A stretch of 64,000 nucleotides of DNA from the NCBI GenBank assembly GCA_016783425.1, contig JADHWP010000001.1:7272-71271 (forward strand). The letters run 5' to 3'. Positions 29,575 to 39,644 of the stretch are shown here, in pieces. Within the stretch, counting starts at the first letter, position 1, and every line of letters begins with the position of its first letter. The notes beneath the pieces were generated by a model. The model saw nothing but the letters and a program-made list of their open reading frames with translations. It did not search any database and was not told the DNA's origin. The stretch is from Candidatus Shapirobacteria bacterium (GTDB lineage: Bacteria; Patescibacteriota; Microgenomatia; UBA12405; BS750m-G30). The position numbers and the translations under genes are program-made.

Positions 29575-30599
29575 AGATGACTTCAATGGACATTGAGGGA
29601 CTAAAGTTGGTTGATTTGGAAGAAGTTGCTCAAGTGGAAAGACTTAAGCAGTTTTTACAAGAACAAGGAGTTGAAAAGCCTGAATTTATGACTTCGGGGC
29701 ACATGAATTTGTCTTGGCAGGGGGAATTTCAAGGCAGAGAGGTTGTTTGTCAATTTGGTCCGAATTTATCAACCTATCAATTATCTTTAAGCGAAATAAA
29801 AAGTTACGGTTATTTTAATCCCGGAAAATATGAAAAGGCTCAATTGATCTGCCAAGCTACTTTGGAGGCTGGCATCCCTTGCCCATCAATTCTTAAAGCT
29901 GGCTATGCTGGAACTCTATCAAGATCATGGTGTATTGCTGAAAAGGCAGAAGGTGAAGATTTAGACAAGATTTGGAAACAATTGCCAAGATCAACAAAAC
30001 TATCATTGGGCCATCAAATTGGGGGAAAGATTGCCAATATTCACTCAATTAACCCAGATGTTTATGGCCAAAATCCAATATCACCACAAGCTTGGTATCG
30101 AGGTTGGTTTAAACAGGTTTTTGCTAACCTTTCGGCTCTAGGGATTTACCAGCCTCAAGAGTTGGAAAAAATTAAAGAGAGTATTGTTCCGCAATTTTTG
30201 GCTGAAAATATGCCTCCGTTTTTAACGACTATCCACGGTGATATTCTTCAGAAAAACATTTTTGTTAAAAAGGACCCGAAAGAATACAAAGTAAGCAGTA
30301 TTATTGATTGGGAAACGGCTGGCTTAGGTAATCCTTGGGCAGATGTTATCCTTGCTGCTTGGTGGATTTCTGATGAGTACGGTGGTGATAACAAGCTGTA
30401 TGAAGCTGTTATTGGTGGCTACAATGAGGTTATAAGTGGAGGGGCGCTGGCTCTTTCGCTCAATAGATCCAGGACAATGAGGCCCTATATTGATCTTTGG
30501 TGGTATTTGAATATTTTGTGGGTAAGACCATTGATGGGTGATTTTTCTCAGGTTGAGAGAAGGAGGAAAATGGTCGAAAAAGTAATGGAGGAGTTATGA
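29571..30599 (+). CDS. Aminoglycoside/choline-kinase-like phosphotransferase (APH fold)
   Basis: 342 aa; HGDILQKNIFV catalytic loop and IDWETAG motif. Confidence 0.7.
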   Translation: MKMTSMDIEGLKLVDLEEVAQVERLKQFLQEQGVEKPEFMTSGHMNLSWQGEFQGREVVCQFGPNLSTYQLSLSEIKSYGYFNPGKYEKAQLICQATLEAGIPCPSILKAGYAGTLSRSWCIAEKAEGEDLDKIWKQLPRSTKLSLGHQIGGKIANIHSINPDVYGQNPISPQAWYRGWFKQVFANLSALGIYQPQELEKIKESIVPQFLAENMPPFLTTIHGDILQKNIFVKKDPKEYKVSSIIDWETAGLGNPWADVILAAWWISDEYGGDNKLYEAVIGGYNEVISGGALALSLNRSRTMRPYIDLWWYLNILWVRPLMGDFSQVERRRKMVEKVMEEL

Positions 30600-30696
30600 T
30601 CAAGAATAGGTCAAAAAAATTACTCGATTCCAAAATCTTGAAACTAACAGGGTTTTCTTGTTAATAATTTTTGCTATACTGAAAAAAGGAGAAAAA

Positions 30697-31059
30697 ATGA
30701 ATGATTTTAAAATAGCGCCAGTAAAGCCGGCTGTTAAATATGAAGATTTTGCCAAGCTGGATATTCGGGTGGGGACGATTGAAAAAGTGGAAGATATCAA
30801 GGAGTCTGATAAGCTGGTTAGATTGACAGTAGATTTTGGGGATCATAAAAGAAAAATTTTAGTAGGAATGAAGAAGGAGCGAGCAGACCCGACTGAAGTT
30901 GAGGGCCTGCAAACTTTATTTGTGGTTAATTTAGAACCAAGAAAAATGATGGGGGAAATTTCAGAAGGAATGTTATTAGATTTGAGGTATGCGGATGGGA
31001 TGAGCCCAGTGTTAGTTATTCCCGAAAAAAAAGTGCCCAATGGCACTCGGGCGGGTTAA
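30697..31059 (+). CDS. tRNA-binding domain protein (CsaA/Myf/EMAP-like)
   Basis: Start at MNDFKI with RBS AAAGGAG; OB-fold tRNA-binding signature. Confidence 0.7.
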   Translation: MNDFKIAPVKPAVKYEDFAKLDIRVGTIEKVEDIKESDKLVRLTVDFGDHKRKILVGMKKERADPTEVEGLQTLFVVNLEPRKMMGEISEGMLLDLRYADGMSPVLVIPEKKVPNGTRAG

Positions 31060-31183
31060 AAAGTGAATACAATGAGAAAAACAAAAGGAGAGGGAGTAAC
31101 CTTCGGACGAAACTTTAGGTGTGCCCTCTCATCGTGATAAGTTATTGTAACAAATGGTGAAATATGATGTCAAGCGATAAAAA

Positions 31184-33748
31184 ATGAAGATTAAAGTTGA
31201 TCGAGAAATATTTGAAAAATGGCCTGATTTAAAAATTGGGGTAATGGTTGGTTTGGGGCTAAATAACACCGAAGCCAAACAAAAAAGTCTGGAGTTGCTG
31301 CGAGCAGAGGAAAAAAACCAGCAAAAGCTAATAAAGCTTGAAGAATTGGAGAATCAGGACTTTGTTCGAGCTTGGCGTCAGGTTTATCGTGATTTTGGCG
31401 CTTCACCGAAAAAGTATAAATCGTCAATTGAGGCTTTACTTACCAGGGTATTAACTGAAAAAGAATTACCAGATATTAATCCTTTGGTTAACTTTTATAA
31501 CTACCTTTCTTTAAAATATCATCTTCCTTTTGGAGGAGAGGATTTGGATAAAGTAAAAGGAGACGTTTCTCTTGACTTTGCCAAGGGCAGCGAGAAAGGT
31601 AAGTACATTGGTTCAGATAAAGTAGAGTCAGCCCTGCCCGGGGAAGTAATTTACCAAGATGAATTAGGTTTCATATGCCGAAGATTTAACTGGCGGGAAG
31701 CGGACCGAACCAAATTTACGCCCAAAACCAAAAACGCTATTTTAGTGGCCGAACTATTGCCTCTCGGCAAATCGGAAACACTACAAAAAGCAATTAAGGA
31801 ATTGACTGATTTAGTAGAAAAAGAATTAGGCGGAAAAGTAGCGGTGGCTGTTTTAGATAAACAAAATCCGGTTTTGGAATTTGATTTTGTTTCAGGAAGT
31901 AAATTAACAAGCGGGGACTTGGCCCTTGACAAAATGAAAAAAGTCGAGAAAAAAGAGATTATTGCTAAGTTTAAGCTGCCTACACTTATTACCCCTTTGC
32001 CTGAATGGCTGCCGGAGGAGCGGATAAAAAAGGCTCTTTATTTGGCTTGTGAGGAGCTGGGGAAAGGCTTGGTTTTAAAGGATGAAATTGAAGTTAAACA
32101 CCCGACTTTAGGGGGACACGGGGATTTTGCTTCCAATATTGCTTTGGTTTTAGCTAAAAAACTTAAAAAAAATCCAGGGGAAATAGCCAAAAATTTAGTT
32201 GAGAAAATTAAAGATCAGTCTTTAGATTGGGTTGGAAAAATTGAAACAGCCGGTCCTGGCTTTATCAATTTTTGGTTAAGCAAGGAATATTTATTTAAAC
32301 AAGCCCGGGGATTTTTGAAAGACAATTTTTTTAAAGAAAAGCTGGGGAAGGCGGAAGAGGGGAAAGTGGCAGTCATTGATTATTCCGCTCCTAATATTGC
32401 CAAATCTTTTGGGATTGGACATTTGCGTTCCACTAGCATCGGCCAAGCCATTTACAATCTTTATTCTTTTTTGGGTTGGGAAACTATTGGGGACAATCAT
32501 TTGGGAGACTGGGGAACCCAATTTGGAAAGCTTATTGTGGCGATAAAAAAATGGTGGCCAAAAGAGTTGCAGGAATTAACGGTTGAGGAGTTGGAAAAGC
32601 TATACGTTAAGTTTCACACGGAAGCTAAAAAAGACAAAAGCCTGGAAAATGAGGGTCGGGCTTGGTTTAAAAAGTTGGAGGACGGGGATCAGGAAGCAAA
32701 AGAGATTTGGCAAGTTTGTACGGACGTTTCTTTAAAAGAATTTAAGCGGATTTATGATTTATTGGGAGTAAGAATTGATTATGCTTACGGAGAGGCCTTT
32801 TATCATTTTGGCGGGTGGATGGAAAAAGTGCTGGCTGATTTAAAAAAGAGAAAGTTAGTCAAAAAAAGCCAGGGGGCGTTGGTAATTGAAATTCCGGAAA
32901 TAAAAGTGCCGGGAATGCTGGTCAAATCAGACGGAGGCACGACTTATCTTTTTCGGGATATGGCGACCATATTTTTTAGAATGGAAAAATGGAACCCGGA
33001 TTTGGTGATTTACGAAGTCGGGGCAGACCAGAAATTTCATTTTCAGCAGGTATTTGCCGCTTCTCAAAAAGCAGGATATATTGATAGCAAAAAACTAGTC
33101 CATGTTCCTCATGGGCTAATTCGCTGGAAGCATGGCAAGTTTTCCACCCGCAAAGGCGATACCATTCATTTGGAAGAAATTTTAAAAGAAGGAATTGAAA
33201 AAGCCTATCAAATAGTGGAAAAAAGCCAGACCAGCGAAGGCTTGAACAAAAGTGAAAAAATGAAAATTGCCAAGGCGGTCGGAATTGGAGGAGTGAAATT
33301 TAATGATTTAAAGCAGGAGCCGGAAAAAGACATTATTTTTGAGTGGGAAAAGATTTTAACCCTAGCAGGATATTCTGCTCCTTATCTCCAATATACCTAT
33401 GCTCGTTGTGCCTCGGTTTTAGCAAAAGCAGAGAATTTAAGTTTTGAAAAGATTTCTTTGAGTTCAGGTCTTGAGAAAGAAGAACTTTCCTTGTTGCGCA
33501 GCTTCTACCAGTTTCCAGAGGTAATTTTAATTTCTGCCAATAACTTCGCCCCTCACCTACTGGCGCAGTATTTATTTGATCTGGCGCAAAAGTTTAATCT
33601 TTTTTACCAAAAACACCGAATACTTTCAAACTCCAAACTTCAAACTTCAAACACTCAAGAATTTAGACTGTTTTTAACTAAGATTGCTGCTCAAGTTTTG
33701 AAAATGGGGTTGGAAATTTTAGGAATTGAAGTGCTGGAGAAAATGTAG
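31184..33748 (+). CDS. argS: Arginine--tRNA ligase with N-terminal B3/B4 tRNA-binding/editing-like domain fusion
   Basis: 854 aa; residues about 270-854 are ArgS (APNIAKSFGIGHLRST HIGH region, DALR C-terminus); residues about 1-260 resemble the PheT B3/B4 domain. Confidence 0.85.
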   Translation: MKIKVDREIFEKWPDLKIGVMVGLGLNNTEAKQKSLELLRAEEKNQQKLIKLEELENQDFVRAWRQVYRDFGASPKKYKSSIEALLTRVLTEKELPDINPLVNFYNYLSLKYHLPFGGEDLDKVKGDVSLDFAKGSEKGKYIGSDKVESALPGEVIYQDELGFICRRFNWREADRTKFTPKTKNAILVAELLPLGKSETLQKAIKELTDLVEKELGGKVAVAVLDKQNPVLEFDFVSGSKLTSGDLALDKMKKVEKKEIIAKFKLPTLITPLPEWLPEERIKKALYLACEELGKGLVLKDEIEVKHPTLGGHGDFASNIALVLAKKLKKNPGEIAKNLVEKIKDQSLDWVGKIETAGPGFINFWLSKEYLFKQARGFLKDNFFKEKLGKAEEGKVAVIDYSAPNIAKSFGIGHLRSTSIGQAIYNLYSFLGWETIGDNHLGDWGTQFGKLIVAIKKWWPKELQELTVEELEKLYVKFHTEAKKDKSLENEGRAWFKKLEDGDQEAKEIWQVCTDVSLKEFKRIYDLLGVRIDYAYGEAFYHFGGWMEKVLADLKKRKLVKKSQGALVIEIPEIKVPGMLVKSDGGTTYLFRDMATIFFRMEKWNPDLVIYEVGADQKFHFQQVFAASQKAGYIDSKKLVHVPHGLIRWKHGKFSTRKGDTIHLEEILKEGIEKAYQIVEKSQTSEGLNKSEKMKIAKAVGIGGVKFNDLKQEPEKDIIFEWEKILTLAGYSAPYLQYTYARCASVLAKAENLSFEKISLSSGLEKEELSLLRSFYQFPEVILISANNFAPHLLAQYLFDLAQKFNLFYQKHRILSNSKLQTSNTQEFRLFLTKIAAQVLKMGLEILGIEVLEKM

Positions 33749-33750
33749 GA

Positions 33751-35244
33751 ATGGTTGAAAAACATTACCAATTTTACTGGCGAGAACTTGAAAAAAAACA
33801 AGAAGTTTTAATTTCCTCTTTTATTCCTACTTATTTGCAGATGCAACCCTCGCTTCACCCCTTGGCTAATAATCCCCAAAAGGTGGATGGGGGAGCTTTG
33901 AGTTATGCTTTAGGCCGCCTGCCCAACTGTATTGGCCAGGTAGACAGGGTGTTGCTGGGCCAAAGTCGAGGAGATTTTGCCAAAGCGGGTTTTAAAATAA
34001 GCGAAGCCCAGGAAGCGCTAACTAAAGCTCGAAAAAGGCGCTGTTACTTTCTGCCAAACAAGGCTACTTTAGCCTGCTATATTGCTTCAGCAACGGATGT
34101 TGACGATTTGGTTAACGCTTTAATTGCCTACCTTATTGAAAAAAGAAAACAGGGGGAGCAAAAGGAGATTAGTGTTCAACTGCTGGCTGATCATGAAGTG
34201 GGATACCGCCAAATTGCCCAAAGCTGGTGGACGCAAGTAAGAAATAATTTTTTGGCGCTGGGATTGGAAGATAAGCCCCTATATTTTATTTCTTCCAATT
34301 TACACGGGCTGGTAAACATTATTGGCGGTTTTGCGCGCAGTAAGCAGGTGGAGATTTTTGACTATATTCAAAAAAGTCAACCGGAAATGTACCGGGAGTG
34401 GTTAAAAATCGAAAAAGGGGAAAATAAGTTAAGAGTTAATCATTTTCTTTATTATCTTTCCAAGTTGTATTTTGAAACCCACCCCAAAGCCTTTGCCGAA
34501 AAATTAAGGTTTGAAGAGAAAATAGGAATTAAACAGGTAAGATCGGTGGAGGGGTTGGATTGCAACGCTCAGCTCATTCCTGTTTCTTTGCTGGGAACCA
34601 CCCAATCGTTGGATCCCCACTTAAAAGTTAGTTATCCAAGCGAGCTTGCTAAAAGCGAAGCCTTAATTATTAATATTCAGTATCCGTTAGGAATGTCCGC
34701 CTACTATCTTCTTTCCGAGCTTTTGGAAAACCTAAAGCTACTCAAGGGAGTTTACATTATTGGCAAGGCGGCGATTTTAGCGGGACAAGTAGGGGATATT
34801 CAGATTCCGAGCACTGTTTTTGATAAAAATTCGCGGCAAACTTTTTTGTTTCCTAATATTTTTAACCAGAAGTTTCCCTTTGCCTCTTTTCAGGCCAGTA
34901 TCTTAAAAGAGCAAAAAGCAGTATCGGTTAAAGGGACTTTTTTGGAAAACCAAAAGCAGTTGGAAGGCTATAAAGAGGCTAATTTTAATATTGTAGAGAT
35001 GGAATCCGGGCCCTATCTTAAGGCTTTATCTGAATATCAATCTGAAGTTAATTTAGGACCGGAAGGTTATTTTCACCTGGACAATCTTCCTTTGGAATTA
35101 GGGATTATTAATTATGCCTCTGATAATCCTTTTGCCGAGGAAAGTTTAGCCAAAGGAACTTTGGGATTACGGGGGATAGAGTCTACTTACTTAGCGGGCT
35201 TGGCCGTTTTGGAGCGGATTATTCAAAAAGAAGAAATGGCTTGA
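33751..35244 (+). CDS. Hypothetical protein with C-terminal nucleoside phosphorylase (PNP_UDP_1)-like region, possibly AMP-nucleosidase-like
   Basis: 497 aa; C-terminal IVEMESGPYL and GKAAILAG segments recall the phosphorylase superfamily. Confidence 0.4.
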   Translation: MVEKHYQFYWRELEKKQEVLISSFIPTYLQMQPSLHPLANNPQKVDGGALSYALGRLPNCIGQVDRVLLGQSRGDFAKAGFKISEAQEALTKARKRRCYFLPNKATLACYIASATDVDDLVNALIAYLIEKRKQGEQKEISVQLLADHEVGYRQIAQSWWTQVRNNFLALGLEDKPLYFISSNLHGLVNIIGGFARSKQVEIFDYIQKSQPEMYREWLKIEKGENKLRVNHFLYYLSKLYFETHPKAFAEKLRFEEKIGIKQVRSVEGLDCNAQLIPVSLLGTTQSLDPHLKVSYPSELAKSEALIINIQYPLGMSAYYLLSELLENLKLLKGVYIIGKAAILAGQVGDIQIPSTVFDKNSRQTFLFPNIFNQKFPFASFQASILKEQKAVSVKGTFLENQKQLEGYKEANFNIVEMESGPYLKALSEYQSEVNLGPEGYFHLDNLPLELGIINYASDNPFAEESLAKGTLGLRGIESTYLAGLAVLERIIQKEEMA

Positions 35245-36543
35245 GCGGGCTGACTTTTTAAAGCCCAGTTTTTTGAGTATTTTGGTTGTGGTTTGGGGAT
35301 ATTGGCAAATATCTTTAAAAATTATTTTAAGATTTCTTTTTTGACCCCGATGGAGAATAAACCGATAAATTGTTTTTCCGTGCTTTTGTAAGTAGCGCTT
35401 GTGTTTTAAAAAGGTGCCGATAGAGGCCTGCTTTTCTTTCTGGTTGATCATTTTCAAGCCAATATGACCGAGGGGGTGATTATTTTTCGTAATTAGCCAG
35501 TAGGCAAAAGCCGGGTTGTAAATTAAATTATTGAGCCAGGCTTTGATTTGGTCTTTGCTTTTGGGGGTAAAGGTAAAAAGATTCTGTCTTGTTTGGGGTT
35601 TTTTAAATTCTCGTAAATGGAAACGCAAAAGTTTGGAGTCGGGAGAAAAAGGAATAAATTCCAATCCCTGATATTTTATTCGCTTGGTGTTTGGCTTGCT
35701 GATATTAAAAATAAAACCCTCTTTTTTAATTGTTTTTAAACAGGAAGAAAAGCCAAGATTGGTTAATTTTTTTCGTAATCGAGAGATATACTGGTCCAGA
35801 GCATAGTCGGAATATTCATAATTTTCGCCCCAAAGGTGGTGAGCTAGTTTTTCCCGATTGATTATTTTATCCTGATTTTTTGCAAAAATTTCCAGTCCTT
35901 TTTGTTGCTGGAGTGAAAGATGAGAGGTAACTTTTTTAAGATTAACCTCTTTTTCTTGGCCAGGGAAACTTAATTGCAAGTAGTTTTTTAATGCTCTGTC
36001 AACCTTTAAGGTTGACAGAGTGTGATTGGTTTTTTTAATAATTCCGGTTTTAAGCAGATAATCAAGTTCATTTTTTTGGTAAAAAAAAGATTGTAAGTTT
36101 TTTTGGGAGATTTGCTGCAAAATTAGCTGCTGATTTTCAGAAAGGAGGCTAAAAAACAAATTGGGCTTAGACTGGCGGCCAGGATCAGGAAGATAAATTA
36201 GCCGTTTAAGAAAATAGCTCTCTTTAAGCTGGTTATAAAGCCTTTCTTGTTTTAGATTTTGGTCGAAAACCAGAATGATTCTGGCTTGCTTAAAGTTTTT
36301 TTCAAAAGCGCGCTCCAACCTAATTAGAAGTGGCAGGGAGGCTAAATAAAAATTGGGAAAGCTGATAATGCTTAATCGAGAAAAATTAATTTTGTTTAGA
36401 CTCATTTTGCTTTCGATCGTGAACAGTTTGGCCCCGGGCCAAATTTTTCTAAGAGAGGAAATTGGAAACAAGGGAGCGGTAATTAGGGTTTGAAAATGAT
36501 ATTTGGCCAAATTAATTTTGGCCCTCCCAGCCCAGTTGTCCAT
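35191..36543 (-). CDS. Putative regulator: ATPase-like N-region, central OmpR/PhoB-type winged helix, C-terminal GNAT-like domain
   Basis: 450 aa; LEIFAKNQDKIINREKLAHHLWGENYEYSDYALDQYISRLRKKL matches trans_reg_C and is paralogous to the 8716-9687 protein; carries a REP palindrome in frame (LSTLKVD); divergent from repeat copy 1. Confidence 0.6.
   Translation of the reverse strand: MDNWAGRAKINLAKYHFQTLITAPLFPISSLRKIWPGAKLFTIESKMSLNKINFSRLSIISFPNFYLASLPLLIRLERAFEKNFKQARIILVFDQNLKQERLYNQLKESYFLKRLIYLPDPGRQSKPNLFFSLLSENQQLILQQISQKNLQSFFYQKNELDYLLKTGIIKKTNHTLSTLKVDRALKNYLQLSFPGQEKEVNLKKVTSHLSLQQQKGLEIFAKNQDKIINREKLAHHLWGENYEYSDYALDQYISRLRKKLTNLGFSSCLKTIKKEGFIFNISKPNTKRIKYQGLEFIPFSPDSKLLRFHLREFKKPQTRQNLFTFTPKSKDQIKAWLNNLIYNPAFAYWLITKNNHPLGHIGLKMINQKEKQASIGTFLKHKRYLQKHGKTIYRFILHRGQKRNLKIIFKDICQYPQTTTKILKKLGFKKSARSSHFFFLNNPLQNGQAR
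35997..36017. repeat. REP palindrome (TGTCAACCTTTAAGGTTGACA) lying in frame inside the 35191-36543 CDS
   Basis: Exact 21-bp palindrome (7 codons) identical to the intergenic copies. Confidence 0.85.
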
Positions 36544-36559
36544 AGTATTATATTATATC

Positions 36560-36628
36560 CAACTTGTCAGGATTTTGCAAGAGAGGTGTCAAGAAAAATA
36601 AGTCTCTGGACAATATACTATCAGTTAC
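36560..36628 (+). promoter_or_regulatory. Copy 1 of the shared upstream element (TGTCAGGATTTTGCAAGAGAGGTGTCAAGAAAAATAA) with putative promoter TTGCAA-17-ATAAGT
   Basis: Near-identical to copies at 38454 and 40526; 11-bp-phased TGTCAGG/TGCAAGA/TGTCAAG direct repeats. Confidence 0.6.
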
Positions 36629-38392
36629 ATGGGCAGACTGGAAAGAGGGGATTTAACACGGCCACTCCTCGTCATGATATCTGAACCTTCGTTCCATGAG
36701 GGAGAAAAAAGGCTGATTACTGGCCCTGGTGGAATGATTTTTGATATTGAAAGAACAAGGTCGGGTCTAAATGTTTTGAGTCGTCCCCAGCTTGAGGGAG
36801 CTCGTGGAGAACAGCTTTCTTATAATGAATCGAGCGAATCGTTTTCTCTTTTTTTTACTTATTCTAAACAGGGAGAGGGATACGTTCTTAATGAAGGCCA
36901 GGTGACCAACGGAGTTTTTTTCCGGGGCCAAGAACAGTCAGCGGTTATTTTTGCCGAAGTTACCCAAGGAGCTTTCGAGGAAGATGTTTCCTTGGGCGCA
37001 TTTCTCTATTTGCCTCCAAATTCAGTTCCTGATCAAGCGGTAAAAGATCTTTTTGGAGAAACAAGACTTTATGACCCGATAGAGTTAGAAGGAGTTCCTT
37101 TTAATCCCGTGGCTATCGAATTCACTGATTTAGAAGAAATATTTTCGCAGATAATTGACGAAAAATTAGTCGAAAAAATTAAGCCAATAGCCGAGCGGTT
37201 TTTAACTCAAAGAGAAGCGTTTATTGCTTCTCAAGTCAGTTTTCCTTTGGGGGTTGAAAAATTACTTACTGTTTCCGGCGGATCAGAACTTTTTGCTTCA
37301 TTTCCCGCTTTTCTTCTAACCAAGTTAGTCGAGCAGTTCAGAACAAGTGGCGCAGTACACTTATTTCAAGTCGAGAGTGTTTTAAAAACAGTTCTGGCAG
37401 GAGTAAAAGACCAAAAAGAAAAATGGGCCCTAGCCTCTTTTTTTTATAATCTATTTGGCAAAGGGCATTGTTTAGTCAGTAATTATGATCAGTATCAAGG
37501 AGGCGTTTCAGGATTGATAATAGACTTATTGGTAGAAACAGGGACACTTTCTTCTGGTGGAAGCATAGAGGCTATTTGGCGTGAGGGTTTTAGCGGAATG
37601 ACTCAAGCCGCTTTTACTTATTGGCTTGAGAGGCAATGGTTGAAAAGGGAGGAGGAGAGATTATTTACAAAGCAAGCCTTTTTTCATACTCCCCTAAGAG
37701 AGACACACGAGCCCTTGGATGGAGAATTATATGAAAGATGGCTTGATTTAGCTAATAAAGTGGGAAAAAAAGCGAGAAACAACGAAATTAATTGGCCTCA
37801 TTTTGCTAATAAACTGGCGGAACTAGCTTTGATGGGTAAATTTTATCCTGATGGAAATGTCCATTTTTTTCACTGGGGATTTGGCGTAGAAAATAAGAGA
37901 TATGCTGGTGATAGAGGGTTTTTTTCCAGAGAGATTTACCTTTTGACTAATCCTAATGGAGTGAGATTGGTTCTACCTTTGCCGCCGTCAGCCTTTTTGC
38001 CAGCTACTATTGAGATTGATTGGAGCAAAAGTGGAAAAGGGTGGTTAAATCCCGAGCTTTGTTTTTATTGCTGGGTTAAACCCGATGCGCCTTTTGATTA
38101 TAGTCAGGCTACTGCTGTTTCCTTTAATCAGTGGGTGGGGATCGGTGATTTTAAAAACTTTAGGCGGATAAGGCTCCCTTTGGGGCAAAAAAGGGGTGGC
38201 AATGTTGAAGCCTGGATCAGTCAAGGCTGGCAAATAGTTGAACAGTTTAGGGACAATGCAAGTGGCGCGATAATGTTATTGCTTCCTTTTAAAGAGAGGG
38301 AAGGCAAAGTAGCGGTTAATCAATTTTTAGATCTTACTAGTAAAAAGTATCCAGCTGAGCAATATTTTGAGGTTCCGGTAAATATTTATTAG
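36629..38392 (+). CDS. Hypothetical protein (587 aa), downstream of shared element copy 1
   Basis: Long ORF; no recognisable domain. Confidence 0.6.
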   Translation: MGRLERGDLTRPLLVMISEPSFHEGEKRLITGPGGMIFDIERTRSGLNVLSRPQLEGARGEQLSYNESSESFSLFFTYSKQGEGYVLNEGQVTNGVFFRGQEQSAVIFAEVTQGAFEEDVSLGAFLYLPPNSVPDQAVKDLFGETRLYDPIELEGVPFNPVAIEFTDLEEIFSQIIDEKLVEKIKPIAERFLTQREAFIASQVSFPLGVEKLLTVSGGSELFASFPAFLLTKLVEQFRTSGAVHLFQVESVLKTVLAGVKDQKEKWALASFFYNLFGKGHCLVSNYDQYQGGVSGLIIDLLVETGTLSSGGSIEAIWREGFSGMTQAAFTYWLERQWLKREEERLFTKQAFFHTPLRETHEPLDGELYERWLDLANKVGKKARNNEINWPHFANKLAELALMGKFYPDGNVHFFHWGFGVENKRYAGDRGFFSREIYLLTNPNGVRLVLPLPPSAFLPATIEIDWSKSGKGWLNPELCFYCWVKPDAPFDYSQATAVSFNQWVGIGDFKNFRRIRLPLGQKRGGNVEAWISQGWQIVEQFRDNASGAIMLLLPFKEREGKVAVNQFLDLTSKKYPAEQYFEVPVNIY

Positions 38393-38405
38393 TTATCTTA
38401 TTTGT

Positions 38406-38450
38406 TGTCAACCTTAAAGGTTATCGGGTCATCAACCTTTAAGGTTGACA
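38406..38450. repeat. Composite REP element (insert tatcgggtca), reverse complement of the 19104 copy
   Basis: Exact match in opposite orientation. Confidence 0.85.
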
Positions 38451-38453
38451 AGT

Positions 38454-38527
38454 ATTTGCCCTGTCAGGATTTTGCAAGAGAGGTGTCAAGAAAAATAAAA
38501 AGAGGTGGTTTACACTATAGGGCAAAT
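38454..38527 (+). promoter_or_regulatory. Copy 2 of the shared upstream element with conserved 5' UTR (AAGAGGTGGTTTACACTATA); inverted repeat ATTTGCCCT/AGGGCAAAT brackets it and overlaps the start codon
   Basis: 66 bp identical to copy 3; the IR arms could form a hairpin sequestering the ATG. Confidence 0.6.
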
Positions 38528-39458
38528 GAGGGAAATTCTTAGAAGAAAAGAATCGGGTAAAAAAGAAGTCAAATGGTCAGATGAGCTTTTGGCGGGAGCT
38601 ACAGGGATTGAGGGACAAGTGGCGGAATTAATAGCGGGAAGAGAATTAAAAAGATTTAGGTTGCCCCAAGCTTTAATCCAAGATTTTGGAGTTGCTTCCG
38701 CTTGGGCTTTAGAGGCTTTTCCTGGCTGTGAATCAGGGGTGGCTATTCATTGCTTTTGGCCTCAACTTGCTGAATTTGAAAATACGATTAGAAAAAAAGG
38801 AGGGGTTTATAGGTTGCGTCGTTTAATGCCTGAAATAATGCGAGCAAAATTATCCAAAAACCTTCGGGTTTGCAGTAGATTCGGCAGGGATCCAATAAAA
38901 TGGTCTGCTGAATTTTTAGTCGAAAATAGGGGCGCGCTTATACCCGAAATAGGAATGGAAATCAATCCTAAGGGAGAAGTGGATGAACTCTCTTTTTACC
39001 TTGATCTTGGAGAACTTGGTTTTTCTAAAAAAAATGCTTTTCCGAATCTGGTAGTTGATAAAAAAGGAAATGTGGAACTTCGCAGATGGCAGCCACGTGA
39101 TTGGCATTTTTCGGACGGCGAGTGGATTATTGAAGCTTATGATCCCCAAAACCCCAATCACACAAGCTCTTTAAAGGCAATAAAAGAAGGATTGCCAATG
39201 CTTCAATTTCTTTGGCCTTCTTTGCTGTATCCAAAATGGAAATTTGGCTGGGGTGATTTAATAATTAATGCCAATGAACCCGGTTCTTCTGATAGTTCAC
39301 CAACAGATGTGAGAATCAGCCGGTGGGCAGGAGTGGGGCAAAGCAGGCATCTTTTCGAGTTTTATACTTCTAGATCAGGGTGGAAATTAGAAAATAAGAT
39401 ATGGGATCAAAGAAGACGGTGGGGAAGAAGAATGGCCAGTGTTCATATAAATTTTTAA
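38505..39458 (+). CDS. Hypothetical protein (317 aa from GTG 38505, or 310 aa from ATG 38526)
   Basis: ORF downstream of shared element copy 2. Confidence 0.6.
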   Translation: MVYTIGQMREILRRKESGKKEVKWSDELLAGATGIEGQVAELIAGRELKRFRLPQALIQDFGVASAWALEAFPGCESGVAIHCFWPQLAEFENTIRKKGGVYRLRRLMPEIMRAKLSKNLRVCSRFGRDPIKWSAEFLVENRGALIPEIGMEINPKGEVDELSFYLDLGELGFSKKNAFPNLVVDKKGNVELRRWQPRDWHFSDGEWIIEAYDPQNPNHTSSLKAIKEGLPMLQFLWPSLLYPKWKFGWGDLIINANEPGSSDSSPTDVRISRWAGVGQSRHLFEFYTSRSGWKLENKIWDQRRRWGRRMASVHINF

Positions 39459-39644
39459 TTTGCTTTACTAGGGGGGTGGGGTGGCGAATTGTTGAAAGGG
39501 ATGGCTTCTGAAAGGCAACCCAAATAGGCTTGTTGCGTTATAATAATCTTAGGCACGGAAAATGTCATTAGCTTGTGCCTAAAAAAATAATTTCGTACCA
39601 AGCCTAATACTTCCGGGAGAGCCACAGGCTCTAGCTTGCGGAAT

